Positions 1 to 11,999 of a DNA stretch of 64,000 nucleotides are shown piece by piece. The notes beneath the pieces are model-generated. The model was given only the letters and a program-made list of their open reading frames with translations. It had not been told where the DNA came from and searched no databases. This DNA is from Raillietiella orientalis (Eukaryota). Each line of letters begins with the position of its first letter. The first letter of the stretch is position 1. Both the position numbers and the translations under genes were made by a program. The stretch is from NCBI GenBank assembly GCA_036172245.1, contig JAYWIR010000002.1, positions 5,456,001 to 5,520,000 on the forward strand, in the 5' to 3' direction.

Positions 1-37
1 AGCGCCGGAGGCGTCGGGCGGACTCCTCTGGAAGACG

Positions 38-502
38 ATGACGCGCACGCGCCGAGCCGCTAGCGGACAGCAGCCGCCGGAGGTCGTGGCGATCACCACG
101 CCAGCCGGAAGCACCGAATGGGCGGGAGACGGATGGAGCGCGCGCGTCGCAGTTTGGCACCTGGGGGGTACACCGCGGGCAGAGCGAGTGAAGCACATGC
201 TCACCACGGTACGCCCGCAAACCTTTCCCGCCCCCACATGCAGCGTCTGCCGCCGCGCCCGCGAGGATACAGGAGAGCCCGCCCACGTTTGGAGATGTGA
301 CGCACGGGTCTGGAGGCTGTCAAGCGGCAGAGGACGCGCGCGCGTGAGGGCGACTCCGTTGTTCGCCCACGCGCAAGCGCCAGCTGCCGATGTCGCTGTC
401 GCCCGAGACCGCACGCGCTTCCTGTCCGCTGGGTGGAACAGCGACGCACGTCAAGCCAGATCCTCTGACCTGCGGAAAAGGCGGGGATCTGGAAGGTGTT
501 AA
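38..502 (+). mobile_element. zf-RVT-like LINE ORF2 C-terminal fragment
   Basis: PTCSVCRRAREDTGEPAHVWRC (C-x2-C...E..H...C). Confidence 0.35.
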
Positions 503-1061
503 GGCGGCCTCATAAGCATCCACGAAGGTCGTGGATGCTTCCAAGAGTCGTGGTCCACCGGATGCCAGGGATTAGCTCCTGGAACATGCGACCTCGGAGG
601 ACACAGCACTCCCGTGCCAATTGGCTGCAAGAGCACCGGTTCTGCAAACGAATGGGCTGTACGGGAAGCGCACTTGGGCGTCGAGGGATGGACAGATGTC
701 GGGAGACCCTCGGGAAAGAAGGCCAGGGCCTGCTGGATGAGACGGTCTCACCCCTTAGTGCGACTCCGGAAGTTGGAGAGGCGGTGTGTCTGTTGGGAAA
801 CCCGCTCCTCCTTGCGCGAAAGTACGGGTTGACCCTTTCCCGGCGCGCCCGTCTGCTCGCTCCCTTGATAGGCACACCGCACCCTCTTTCCTCGCTAGTA
901 GAAGGTTACCCGGAGGTGTTGAAGAGCTGCGACGTCCGAGCTCTTCTGCTTTCTTGGGAGTCACCCATCGGGCGTAGGAAGTTTGAAGCTTCCCCCTTTC
1001 ACAAAGAATAGGGGAGTGGGGGGGTGGAAGAGAAACAGAACAATAGGAAGACGAGCAAGCG

Positions 1062-1520
1062 CTTTCCTCTGGGTCACTCCAACGCGTTTGTTTATCTAAA
1101 AATAAACACATTATAATGTTGCCAGGTGCATAGTACTGTCGAACAAGGAGGGGGGATTCTGACCCCGGAGTACAGATCAGAGGTGAGATGGGATGGTAGA
1201 TAAATAAACAGGAATAACTAATAGATAGGGTAGAGTAAGGGTCACCAGACTCCAGTCCTTCTGGCCTTCGGTCCTTGCTGTGTGCCATCCCTCGCTCTTT
1301 AGTCAAAAGACGCCACCACGAAACTCCTGCTCAGCATGGAGATGGGTAGAAGGAGGAGAAGGAAGAAGAGAAGGATGGCCATCTGCATGCTAAACAGAGC
1401 TTTTCCGTTGGTACGGCTGGGTTGAGACATGAGCAGCTCTGATGCCTCAGATGCAGCACAAGACCGTGACCTACAGCGACCTGAGAAAATGGTGCCACCG
1501 GTTTCCAACCGGAAAGAAAG
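1062..1520 (-). mobile_element. Degenerate 3' end of the same LINE family
   Basis: Minus strand reads TGACCCTT..., CCTTGTTCGACAGTAC, CACCTGGCAA, TGTGTTTATTTTTAGATAAA, GGAGTGACC, matching the order of motifs in the 22.4 kb and 54.3 kb termini. Confidence 0.45.
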
Positions 1521-1575
1521 ATCACGACGGTTAGTCAGCGCTGCATTTTTAACCACTTCCTCTTCAAGGGACACT

Positions 1576-1643
1576 GCATGTAGATCGCGGAGTAGGTTGA
1601 AGACCCAGTACTGGGTCTTTAGCCTACTCCGCGATCCACATGC
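1576..1643. repeat. 68-bp spacer-less palindrome
   Basis: GCATGTAGATCGCGGAGTAGGTTGAAGACCCAGT|ACTGGGTCTTTAGCCTACTCCGCGATCCACATGC; 31/34 pairs perfect, two of the three mismatches G-U compatible. Confidence 0.95.
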
Positions 1644-1654
1644 CACTCTGTTGA

Positions 1655-1985
1655 TAGGTTATGTTAGGTAGGTTAGCTTAAACTAGGTTAAATTAGGTTA
1701 GGTAGAGTAGGTTGGAAATATCAACTGGATTAGGTGACGCTGGTCAGGTTTGCTGAGTTAAATGAGGTCGCTCAGGTTTGCTGGGTTAGGTGAGGTCGGT
1801 CAGGTCAACTGAACTAATTAGGTGTATTCGGTCAAGTCAGTTGGGTTAGGTTTGAACGTTCAGGTCAGGTGCGTTAGGGGAGGCTGGTCAGGTTTGCTGA
1901 GTTAGGTGAGGTTGATCAGGTCAGATAGGTTAGGTGAGGCTGGTCAGGTAGCTGGGTAAGTTGGGTTGCGTTGGCTTCGTCAGGA
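1655..1985 (+). repeat. Degenerate TTAGG/TCAGG/TGAGG telomere-like array with a 28-bp higher-order unit
   Basis: Units (approx. TCAGGTTTGCTGRGTTAGGTGAGGYYGG) start at 1744, 1772, 1800, 1832, 1860, 1888, 1916, 1944, preceded by looser TTAGG copies. Confidence 0.9.
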
Positions 1986-2029
1986 TGAAGGTGACGCCAG
2001 CGCGACCCGCACCCATCATGGGGCGGTAT

Positions 2030-3200
2030 AAATCAAAACGCCCCCGGACCTTCCTCAGCATCCACAGTGTCGCAGATACTGGCGCCTGCCAATCCTCTCC
2101 TTCCTCCGGGAAGTACTTCCGGAAACATCAGTGTGTTGACGATAAGATGCATCCGCGCTGCACCGGCTGGGAGCTGCCGCTACCTCCAGAGATGCGGGGG
2201 TTGGGTGATGGGTGAATGGTGAACGAGTTTACGCTCCTCGCTCGCTTCGCTCCTGAACCTCTGGAGGGAAGTCCTCTCCAGAGGTCGGAAAAGAAAGAGC
2301 GTTTCCGATCTGGTCCCACCCTGGAGCTCTCAGGTGGCAAGCTGAGGTTCGCAGGGAGGGGACACCAAGGGACGGCGTGGGCGGCTCCCCGTCCTGTTGG
2401 CGAGAGGGTGCGCGGGACAGGCGGTTCCACCGGGGGGTGGCGATGCTGCGTCCGGGGAAGACCTTGGGGCGCAGGGCGGCGAGCCGATCGTCCAGGAGGA
2501 GCGGGGACAGGATCCTCCTGATGTTGCTGCTGCTCCGAGCGGCTCCGGCGGCCTGGAGCGTGTGGCTTGGTGGCGCCCTCCTTTTTCCACGCCCCTTCGC
2601 GCCTCGTCGTCCTCCTCCGCGCGAATGGTCGCACCCGCGGAGGGTGCCGAAGGATTTGAGGCTGCGCTGGGCGAGTTACGCGGAATTGGACCTCCTGTGG
2701 TATTTCACCGGTCCAAATGGACGGGCGCGCTCGTCGCAGGAAGACTGGAGAGTCCTGGGATCCTAAGAGTGATCTCGATGACCCTGCGAGGTGGTCTCGA
2801 GCAGCAGCGGCAGCATCACAGAGACTCACGGGAATGGGGTAAGCTGCTCTGGAGCAGAGAAGGAGCACCGAAGCCTTCCTCGAGGAAGAGGGGAGGAAAA
2901 AGGGAGGAACCAGAAAGGGCAGTTTCGAGAAGCCGGGAAGGAAAGATGGTTCCAGGGGATCACGAAGTTCGCCAAACACGCAAAAAAGAGGTGATTCGCT
3001 TCCTGGATTACGAAAGAGGAGCTCATGAAGGACCCCGCTGGAAGGCCCTCGCCTGCGGCTCGAAGAGCAGAAGCCGTATCCTAGGCAGCGCCCTAGTGCT
3101 GCATCCGTTTCGCCATCCACACGTGGAGAGGAGGCGGCGCTGATGATTCCTATACCCCACCCTCCTCCTCTCCCCTGGATGAAGCACTGACGGTGACCAC
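2030..3200 (+). mobile_element. Degenerate LINE fragment (ORF1-like part followed by ORF2 C-terminus-like part)
   Basis: PTLELSGGKLRFAGRGHQG (ORF1-like); TLRGGLEQ..EVIRFL.. ending TGA at 3143 with a pyrimidine-rich tail. Confidence 0.3.
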
Positions 3201-3829
3201 TGAGATCGTTGGACCCGACTCACCACATCTCGATCTAGAGAGTCCGCATCCTCATCTGCCGGAGCGCAAGGGAGAGCGAGTGAGGCGCCGCCCGAAGCAT
3301 CGCCGGAGATGCGCGGCGGACCCGCATTCGCGGACCGGAAGGAGCGAACCTTTGGGACGGCCTTTCCTCCGCCCTGGCCACTTTCCTAGGACGCCCGACA
3401 GCAGTAGGAAACGGCGACGAACAGGGACGGAAGCGCAGAAGACCCCATGGGGCCCATCGTGGGTAGATGAGGGAAGATGTTAGTCGCGAGACTCGGCGTC
3501 TGGGTCATGGCCCGAGGGCGGCTCTGCGACTTTCTTCTGCTGTGCTGAGGAAGCTCGTCAAATGCTCGAGGAAGGATGCGCTACCTCTCCTGAGCGAAGA
3601 GGGAGCTCCACCGGCGACGGTGGCACCTTGGCTGGCCACCTCCAAGCCGCATCCCTCTCCTTCCGGCTCCGAGTTCCTCAGGATGCTGTTCCGAGTTCAC
3701 GTCGGATGCTGCTGCAGCTGCTGCTGCCTAGCAGCCGTCGAAGGAAGGGGGGACACCCGTATTCGATGCATGGCAAAGATAATGGAAAATGATGGAATGA
3801 TAGAAAAAAAATAGTCCTGGTTACCTTTC

Positions 3830-4460
3830 CGTCACGTGGTCGAGCACGTGGCGGAGCAACAGCGCATGCCGTGCCGGCCTTGCGATGCTCCCACGCGGAC
3901 GAAGACCATCCGGCCGGGCCGACAAAGAGCCGCCAAACTCCTCCGTTCGAAGGATACTCCGCGGAGGGTCTGCCCCCCGTTGCGCCAGAGGGCTGCTGCT
4001 TGCCTCTTGGCCGGGCGCCCGTTGGCGGGAGGTGCGAAGTCTTCTTGCCACCTGACGAGGCTCCGAGAAATCCTGACGCCGCTTCCTCCTTTGAGCGGGC
4101 GAGCGAACGCGCTCCCCCGGCGGCCGGCAGTAGCGAGACCTCCCTCCCGGCCCCCGGTCCCGGAAGTCCTGGAAGAGATGCTGGGAGATCGCGCTCTCGG
4201 CGAGGCAGCGCGCGACTGCCCTCGGGGCAAAGGAGGGACCACGATGATTGCCGCGGCAGCTCTTCGATTCCGTCCGGTCGGCGTCTGATGAAGTCATTAA
4301 TCCCGCCCTGCCATCCGATGCCATCCGCACATCCCACGGAAACGAGCCGTCATTAGGTGATGATGACAGGTCCAGCGGAATGGAAGATGGAAATTGAAGC
4401 GATTCGTTGAGGAGGAAAATCCCAAGTATCTCAGGAACGTGGAGGCTCGAGGCCCCCATC
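3830..4460 (-). mobile_element. zf-RVT-like LINE fragment
   Basis: VARCLAESAISQHLFQD resembles C-x2-C..E-S-x-x-HLF; degenerate. Confidence 0.25.
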
Positions 4461-6949
4461 ATTTTCCAAGCGTTGCGACTGCACCCGTAAGTATAGGATG
4501 CCCACAGGGGATCGGGCGCAAGAAACTCTTCACCGGAAAAGACGCTGCTCTTTTCAAACTGCCACTACGTCCTGATGATGATTACTCTGTCCTCGCACGC
4601 ACACGCTCCCTCTCTCTTGCCTCCTCCTCCCCTCCCTGCGCACGCGCCGCATCATGACCGTCACCTTGGCTTCACGAGTGAAAGAGGAGAACGACGGGGA
4701 AGAGAGAAAACTTCTCCTCCTCCTTCTCCTCTGCGTGCTCGTCGTCGCCGTGGTCGCCGCCATTACCGTCATTTGCCTCCCTTCCCTGCTGCTTCTCTTT
4801 CGGCCCACCCTTTCCAACTCTTGCGCAACGCCTCCCCGTGGTCCACCTGCGAAGTGAAAGCGTCGAGGGTCTCGCAGTGTATACGGCTGCGACCCCATTC
4901 GGGAGAGCCAGAGGGCAAGGGGAGGGACCTTCGTGCTCCCAGCATTGCGCAACCGGAGGCCGACGGCTCGGGTCTCGCGCCGCTCTCCGCGCAGCAAGCG
5001 CTTCCCTGTCCCTCCCCCTTCCCCCCTTTTTCCCCCTCTCTCTCTGTTCGCATGTCCCAAGATGGAGAAAGATCCGCAACTCCGCTGTCGCTTTGGAAAC
5101 GCGGTCCTGGAGGCAGAGGGATACCCCGCGAGCTTGCCCACCTGGCTCCCGGGAGGTCCAAAGTTTGCTGGGACTTCCGGTGGTGGCTGCTAGAGGGTGG
5201 ACCCGTGTCCACCGGAGCCCGCCTGGCTTGGAGTCAGACTGGCCCCTCCCTCCTTCCGTGCTGCCTCCCCTTGGGGACGTCCGTTGCCTCTGAAAGCAGC
5301 GCGCTGCGTCTCCACTGAGGTTGGCTCGTTGCAAGCAGCCCTGCGGGCGGGCGAGCCGCCTTGGTGCGTCCTCGCAGCCGCAGTCCAGTCGCAAGGCTTA
5401 CGGGATTGAAAAGGTCGTCCCGATCCGATGAACAGCTGACCAGACGCCGAATGTGGATAACCTCTTGCGAGAAGTTCGAGACCCACCCGATCACGAGAAC
5501 CCCTACCCCTACGGAGAGAGAGCGACGTCCTCATCCGAGGACGCGCCTCTCTGAACTGGAGAGGGAAGCGTCGCCCCTTTCTCCCCGCTGCGCGAGTCGG
5601 TTCCCGACGATGCTCCGCGCAGAACTCGCGCAGTGCTGGAAAGCAGCTCGGCCGACCTGCACGCAGGGGGTCAGGTCCCTCACCGGACAGGCAAAGAGTC
5701 CTCATTTCCCTCCTTCTCCCCACCAGGACAAGGATGGATCCCTCGCAACGAGTGGCCTTCGTCCTCCACGTGCTCTCCCCCGGCGTGCATTGCCTTGACC
5801 ACGCTGCGCCAACTTTCCGAGGGAAAGCGGCGCGCCTCCTCCCTTTCCCTTCTCCCTCCCTCCGCGCGCATTCCTCAGCTACGGAAGAAACGGAAGAAAG
5901 GGCAGGGCTCGGGAGCTTCTCCGGATGGTCAGGAAGTTCGTCGCTTTCCCGCAGAGCGTCACGGCTCTTCGCCTCGAGAGACGCGTTTGCTTCGGAGGCT
6001 GCTCCTCGGAGCCGCGCAGCAGGACGGCCGACGTTTTTCTCTTCTTTTTTTTTTTTTTTCGCTTTTTTTTTCCTTTTTCTTCCCGCTACTCCGGGCGCTC
6101 GCGCGCGCATGAAGTGAGCATGCGCCATTTCCATCCCTGTCGCTCTGCTTGGAAGCGCGCGAGCGCACTGCGAACGCCACGCGCGCCTGCACCTTGAGGC
6201 GAAATCTTTCCAGTCGTTGCACAACCCGCCGCCGTCAAGGAAACCTCCTGATCCCCCCCCCCTCCCCCCCTTGCTAGATCCCTGCGGCCTGCACTTCCAG
6301 GGAGCTCGTGTTCGCTCATTGTTGTCGTTGCTTAGCATCAGCAGAACCGTGCTCGCCAACAATGCAGCCCAACAATACCCCTTAGAACGCTCGTCATCGT
6401 TCTAAGGGAGAGGAGGAAAGCAGTCACGAGTTTTTGCCTTAAGTGCGTAATTCGAGACGAACAGCCGGCGTTAATTCCTCTCAGAGCAGCGAGGTGTCGA
6501 CTCATGCGCAGTCCTGCCGCCAGCTGAGCGAGTGCGCTGAGGGCTCGAATGCCTGCGTTGCGCGCAACCGAGAAGCTGAGCGATCAGCGTCCGGGACCCG
6601 GAGAGTTCGAGGGACGAGGGGGAGGGACCATCCAAACGAGGGGGGGAGCCCCCTCCTCGTTTGGATGTGCAGGGTCCAGAGGGTGCATCCTTTCACGCGA
6701 GCGGAGGGGGAGGCAAGACGGGAGTGCTCCGCATTGTCTTTCGGGAGCTTCGGAGTGGAGCGGCATCCGTACCTCGTTTTTCGGTCTGTCCCTCCCTCTA
6801 TCCCGCACTACTTCGGAGAGAACCCTCGTAGGTTTTCGTGCGCGTAAGCGGCAGCTCTCCCTCGATGAGGGCCCTCTCGCGGACGAGCACGGTCGGGAGG
6901 CTCGTCGACCTTCCCGGATGAAATCGCTCGGGTTGCGCCCCCCGCTTCC

Positions 6950-7560
6950 TCCGCTCTCGGAGGCCCCTGTCACAGCAAGCGTGACTTCGCAGCGGCACAT
7001 CCAGGACCTGTGGCCTTCCCGGAGGAAGACGGGAGGCTTCTCAACGGCTCGGGACACCGAGGACTCTCGGGAGACGGAGGGGAGCTCCCCGCTGAGGCCG
7101 AAAGGGCAGTTCTCCATCTTCGCAGGAGGGCATCCCGGAGCTGCCCCCTGGAGATCTCCTACGAGAGGAAGCTCGGACCTCCGCGGGGGAGGCCTCGCAG
7201 AGGTCCGAGTGGAGCGGCGCATGACTGGAGGGCACCTCGAGCGGCTCCTTCCTGTGGGAGATGCGGCTGTCTCTCCTCCGACTATCCCCCTGGGGTCTTC
7301 CTGCGTTCAACAGCCTCGAAGCTGCCAGGTTCTCCAAGAAGATGGGCATAGGGGAGGAAACGTCGAAAAGGAACCGGGAACGCCTAGGGCAGGTAGCCAA
7401 GGACGAAACTCGGAGGACTCCGAAGGGGGAAACCGGTGCGCACGAGGTCATCTGCAAAAGAAGGGGGAGGAGGCTGACTTGTAGGAATAAGTGGTGACCA
7501 CCCTTTCGGAAAAGCGGAACCGGAAGGTGGCGAATCGAAGAGGGCGCTGCGAACCTGAGG
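6950..7560 (+). mobile_element. L1/Tx1-like ORF1 relic
   Basis: CPLEISYE..MRLSLLRLSPW..RNRERL..VICKRRGRRLTCRN resembles the RRM + CCHC ORF1 layout; frameshifted. Confidence 0.4.
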
Positions 7561-7949
7561 TGGCGCCGGGACCGGGAGACGCCGATAGGATCGGGCGGAG
7601 AGACGTGCTGAGATCCATCCTTCTGGATCCTCCTGGCGGAGGTCGGTCATCCTCCGAGGGCGAGAGGCCACGAGTGGATGGGAGAAACCTTAGGGTTTGC
7701 AGACCTGGAAAGACCTGGTCCTCGCTCTCGTTGCCATGAACCCAGAATGCCCCTAGAAAGGGGGAGGACATCTCACGGGTCAGGAAGGCGCCACCGGTCG
7801 TCTTCCCGGAAACGGTGCCAGGCAAGCGGGGATGTACCACACGCCCCCTCTGCTGCGGCGTCCCCTTCTAGGGAGAAGTGGCACCGTGGCGCCGACGTGG
7901 GCGCCACGCAGGGAAGGAGGACGACCGGCGTGGCTGCGACCTTGGAGGC

Positions 7950-9460
7950 GGCTGGCGAAAGGGGCAGAAGTCAGGAACCGCGTCGCCTCCGTTCCGCGCG
8001 ACTGATCCTCGACCCTGCCTCCGGGCTTCAGCAGCGGACACAGGCTAGCAGGAAGAAAAGAACCCGCGATTTCCGCTCGTGACCGTCCTCCGCACCCTTG
8101 GAACGTCTTCGCGGACTCCGAGGGGAGAGGGCAGTTTCAGGGACGCGTCTCTGCCGCTTGGCAAGTCAGCTCCGTCGGGGTTGCTCCCTCGTGACCGCAC
8201 CCCCGTTCAGGGATGCTCCCCGTTACGAGGAAGAAGCTCCGAGTCCCGCTGAAAGACTTGTGTGCTCCGCGTCGAAACGGCGGTCTGGGCCTCCTGACGC
8301 TGGAGCGGATAGAAATCCAGCTGCGATGGCGTACCATGGCCATCGCAGCGAAGTACTGGAGCACCCCCTGGTCCGTTCTGTCCTGCCGCCTCGCCAGCTC
8401 CTCTCCAGGACGCAAGGACTCACGTCTTATTTTCTGTACCGTGGCCGGAAGATCAGATGATGCAGCCTTCTCCCCGGAAGCATGGCCACACTGGCCAAGG
8501 AGAACGGCTGGATGGTATGCAGCCCTGCCAACTCCACCGCATGGCTGGAGGAATCTGTCGGCACGTGGGCGAAGATTAACACATCGGGAAATAACAGCTG
8601 GAACTGCCTGAGTTTTTCGAACAACGCCCCCTGTTCACTGCGGACCATTCTGGAGTGTCCCTCCAGGAGCACGTGGGCAGAGACGACCCCTTTAGCTACG
8701 GCGATGCCCTTCTTAAGGAGGGTCCTTGCCAGCAGCCGGACGCCGAAGTGGCAAGTCTCCTGTCGGATCGAAGGCAGGGAGAAGAAGATGAGCGGTTGGA
8801 CCATGGGAGAGCTGGCGGACGCCACGACCCCGAGCGTCCTACCGCGTGGACTTTTAAGATGGGGCGAGCTGCTAGGCATCCCGACGGATGACCTGAGGTG
8901 GCCCCGGTGTTGAATGGATCCAGAATCCTCCCCCTCAAGTGGCAGGAGTCGGTGCTTCTGCTGTTGCATTGGGGTCTTCCCTGCAACGCACGCTGCTACC
9001 ACTGGAGAGGGGAGAGTAAATCCTGAGTGTACCAGATGCGGGGAAAAGGAATCCCTCCCACCAGATAGTTGACTGTCCCACCCTCCGGCCCCTTTGGGAA
9101 CGTTTCGGGACGACCCTCGAGATCCCGGTTGGCAGCCTCCCAGAGACGTTTTTCGGCTTCTCTTCGTGCGGGACGCCCTGCAGCCAGCTGCAGCCCTGGC
9201 AGCACTTTGCTGCATCCGTGGGATTGTGGCGGCTTGGAGTGAAGCCGACGATGAAGATGCCAACGAGAGGGACGTCATCGAGGATGCAGGAAGGGGACCC
9301 ACGAAGTTTCTCCTATGTGCCCGAGGGGAAGGACTGGAGGGCCCGCAGATGCGACGCTCCTCTGGGAAGATCCTGCCCCATTCCGATTCCCCGCTCGGAA
9401 GCATCTGGGGAGAGGTCCCTCGGACCGCGCACGTGGCGCTTGGAGTTGCTTCCTCTGACT
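7950..9460 (+). mobile_element. L1/Tx1-like ORF2 C-terminal relic (post-RT + zf-RVT), same family as the 21-22 kb and 53-54 kb copies
   Basis: RVPLKDLCAPRRNGGLG (cf. LCLPKEEGGLG), NPECTRCGEKESL, ALCCIRGIVAAWS; DNA similarity between ~8790-8905 and ~53546-53662. Confidence 0.75.
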
Positions 9461-10099
9461 TCCCGATCTCCCACCTCCCGGAGGGCCCTCGAGAGACCCC
9501 AGCTACCACGGACCCCGCGAAGACGATACGGAAATCCCGGTCAGCCGCTCGTGCCGCCGCCAGCACGGCTGCACCGCTCGGGTAACGACGACTGGTTGCT
9601 GCCTCCGCGTGCAGATGGCAGCACGCGACCCCGCGTTGATACGCCTCGCCCACCATCTTTTGACGCTTCTACCCCCCCCCCCTTCTTCCTCCCGAAGGTG
9701 AAAATCCCTGAGCCCTCACAGAGCCGCCCCACGGAAAAGAGGAGGTGGCAGCGCCCGGAAGGGAGTCGCTCGAGGTTACTCGCGAGCCTGTGCGCGCGCG
9801 TCCCACGCCCTCGAGCATTTCCCGGTAGCAGCCGCAGTCCGGCCGTGCTGAGGAGCCTCTGAGCGGTTGCCGTTGCCCGTGGGGTAGCGGAGCCGGCCTC
9901 CGACCCGCTGGCCGTCTCCGGCAGTCCGGACGACTCCTGTTCGCCCACCACCGCCACATCGTGAGCAGAGTCGGTTGCACCGAGGCGGCGAAGACGTCCC
10001 GACGCACGCGGATCCAGGAACGGCAGCATCCCTTCGCTTTGGGTGGAAACGGAGGGGACACAGGACTCCCGGAGCTCCGGGAAGAGGGGAGGGAGCAAA

Positions 10100-10400
10100 A
10101 AGCTCGTCTCGGGTAGCCGCACCACTCCAGGGACAGGTGGCACGTCACCCCATTCTTATGCAGGAGGGGTTGCCCTGATCCTCGCTGCCTCCGCCCTCGG
10201 CCCCGACGCGCCTGCCTCCTGGGAGATGAAACAGCGCTCCACTGGGTCGCCTCGGCGACGGAGAAGGGGTCAATACCTCTGCAGGCAGCTCTCAATGTCT
10301 CTTGGGAGAGCGGAAGACCCCGCAGGGACGAGGACTGTTCCCGAGGCGCATCTTCATCGGAGGGGGAAGAGGTGTCTAGGGAGCCGCGTCGGGTGGACCT
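10100..10400 (+). mobile_element. APE endonuclease-like LINE relic
   Basis: HSYAGGVALIL (cf. GVAIL of APE); a similar GYAGG segment lies near 11.14 kb. Confidence 0.3.
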
Positions 10401-11999
10401 GCCTACAGTCATTCCCTAGTGCTCCCGTCCCAGCGTAGACCCGCGATCCCCATGAAGGCGTGGCTTCCTGGGATGGCGGTCCCGCCTGCGACGATGAGGG
10501 TGCACCCCGCCTCTGCCCCAGAAACACCCCGGCAGTGCGAGGATTCTCGCCGCTCCGCTTCGGGACATATTTCCTGGGGACTCTTCTTGGGAGGCGTGGC
10601 GAACCTTCCAGGGTCTCCGTTGCGCCGGGTCGGAAGAACGCACTCGGGTGACCCCTCTCTGCTTCCGGGAGGGATCGTTTCGAAGAGAGGGCGCAACGCC
10701 CAGATCACACCACCGCACGAGAGGTCCCGCAGCTTCGCCGAGCGCTGAACCCGCGAATCAGCCGCGGGGATGCTGCGCGCGCCGGAGGGCGCCGCACCCT
10801 CGAACTCGGCAGAGAGCCGGAGGGGGCGTGGGGACAGAGCCAAACCTTGAGGTTGGGAAGTCGAGAGCCCACCAGAGCTCCCGCCTCAGCTCTCCCATGA
10901 ATGCAGCAGAGGGAGTCATCAACACGCAAAGACGCGCCGCTGGACGATGGTCCGAGCGAAGAAGCGCGGGGACGGGTGGTTCGCCTTAGTCCGACGCTCC
11001 GCGTCTCCTCCTTCGCCTCCTCTCTTCTTCCCTTCCTCCCCCTCTCTTCCTTTTCTTCCTCCTCTTCCTCTTCCCTTCCTCCTTGAAGAGGGTTCGAAGA
11101 AGCCACTGTGTAGGACTACCACCCACGGGACTCCTCTCGGGGTACGCCGGAGGGGGCAGCTTGTGACGGGAGGAGGACCCAGGGTCGTGCCCGAGCCTTG
11201 GCGAGTGGAACCTTCAGTTCTGACCACCCGCGCGCCTTCGCCGAGAGCCCGGCTCGTCGTAGGGATATCCGAGCCCCACCGGGACGATCCTCCCCGAAAA
11301 CATACAGAGTCAGCAGGGGTCTCCGAGTCTTATGGGGCTTGGGAGGGCGCGCCCTTTCCCGGTCCGCCTCGAGTGAGCAGGAAGACGGAGACTATCCGGC
11401 GGGGGGCGACGCCCTCCGCCACTCCTGCCTGGGAGCGCTGCTGTGCCTGCTCGCGCGGAGGTGTCTACCCGAGGTCTCCGAGGGAAAGCCAAGGACCGGG
11501 ACCTCGGAGTGCGCACGTCCCCGCGTTAGTCACCCAAAGGGAGAGGCGAGGTGGCGGGTGGGGTTCGCGGCTCCCGGAAGCCCCGGCGTGCGAGGCAGCG
11601 GGACGGTCTGGACCCTTCCGCTGTTACCACCGCCGCCCTCGACATGGAGCCAGGAGCTCCAAAGGAGCGCGCGCGTCCTTCCCCCCGAGAGGGGGAAAAA
11701 ATCGGGATGATTCTGGAAGAGCTCCAAGCGCGTGGAGGTGCTGCTGATGACCTCCGGCAGGGGATGCGCACGGGGGGGCACTCCTGCCGAGAGTCGCACG
11801 GTCCACCCCCTCGACCACTGCCGGGGGGAACGAAGAGTCCCCCGGGCTTGCCGGGAAGCGTCTCCTCCCGTGGAGAGCGATGGTGGAGCCGTTTGCAAGG
11901 ACTCTCCGCAGCGAAGAGCCGAGTCCCGACGCCAGAGGACACATGCAAGCCTGCAGAGTCCAGAAGGGACCCCACGGTCGTGAATAGAGAAGGGGAAGA

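Noticed and set aside
1744..1971. Regular 28-bp period resembling a CRISPR-like array
   Set aside because: Units are contiguous with no unique spacers, and there are no cas genes; it is a minisatellite
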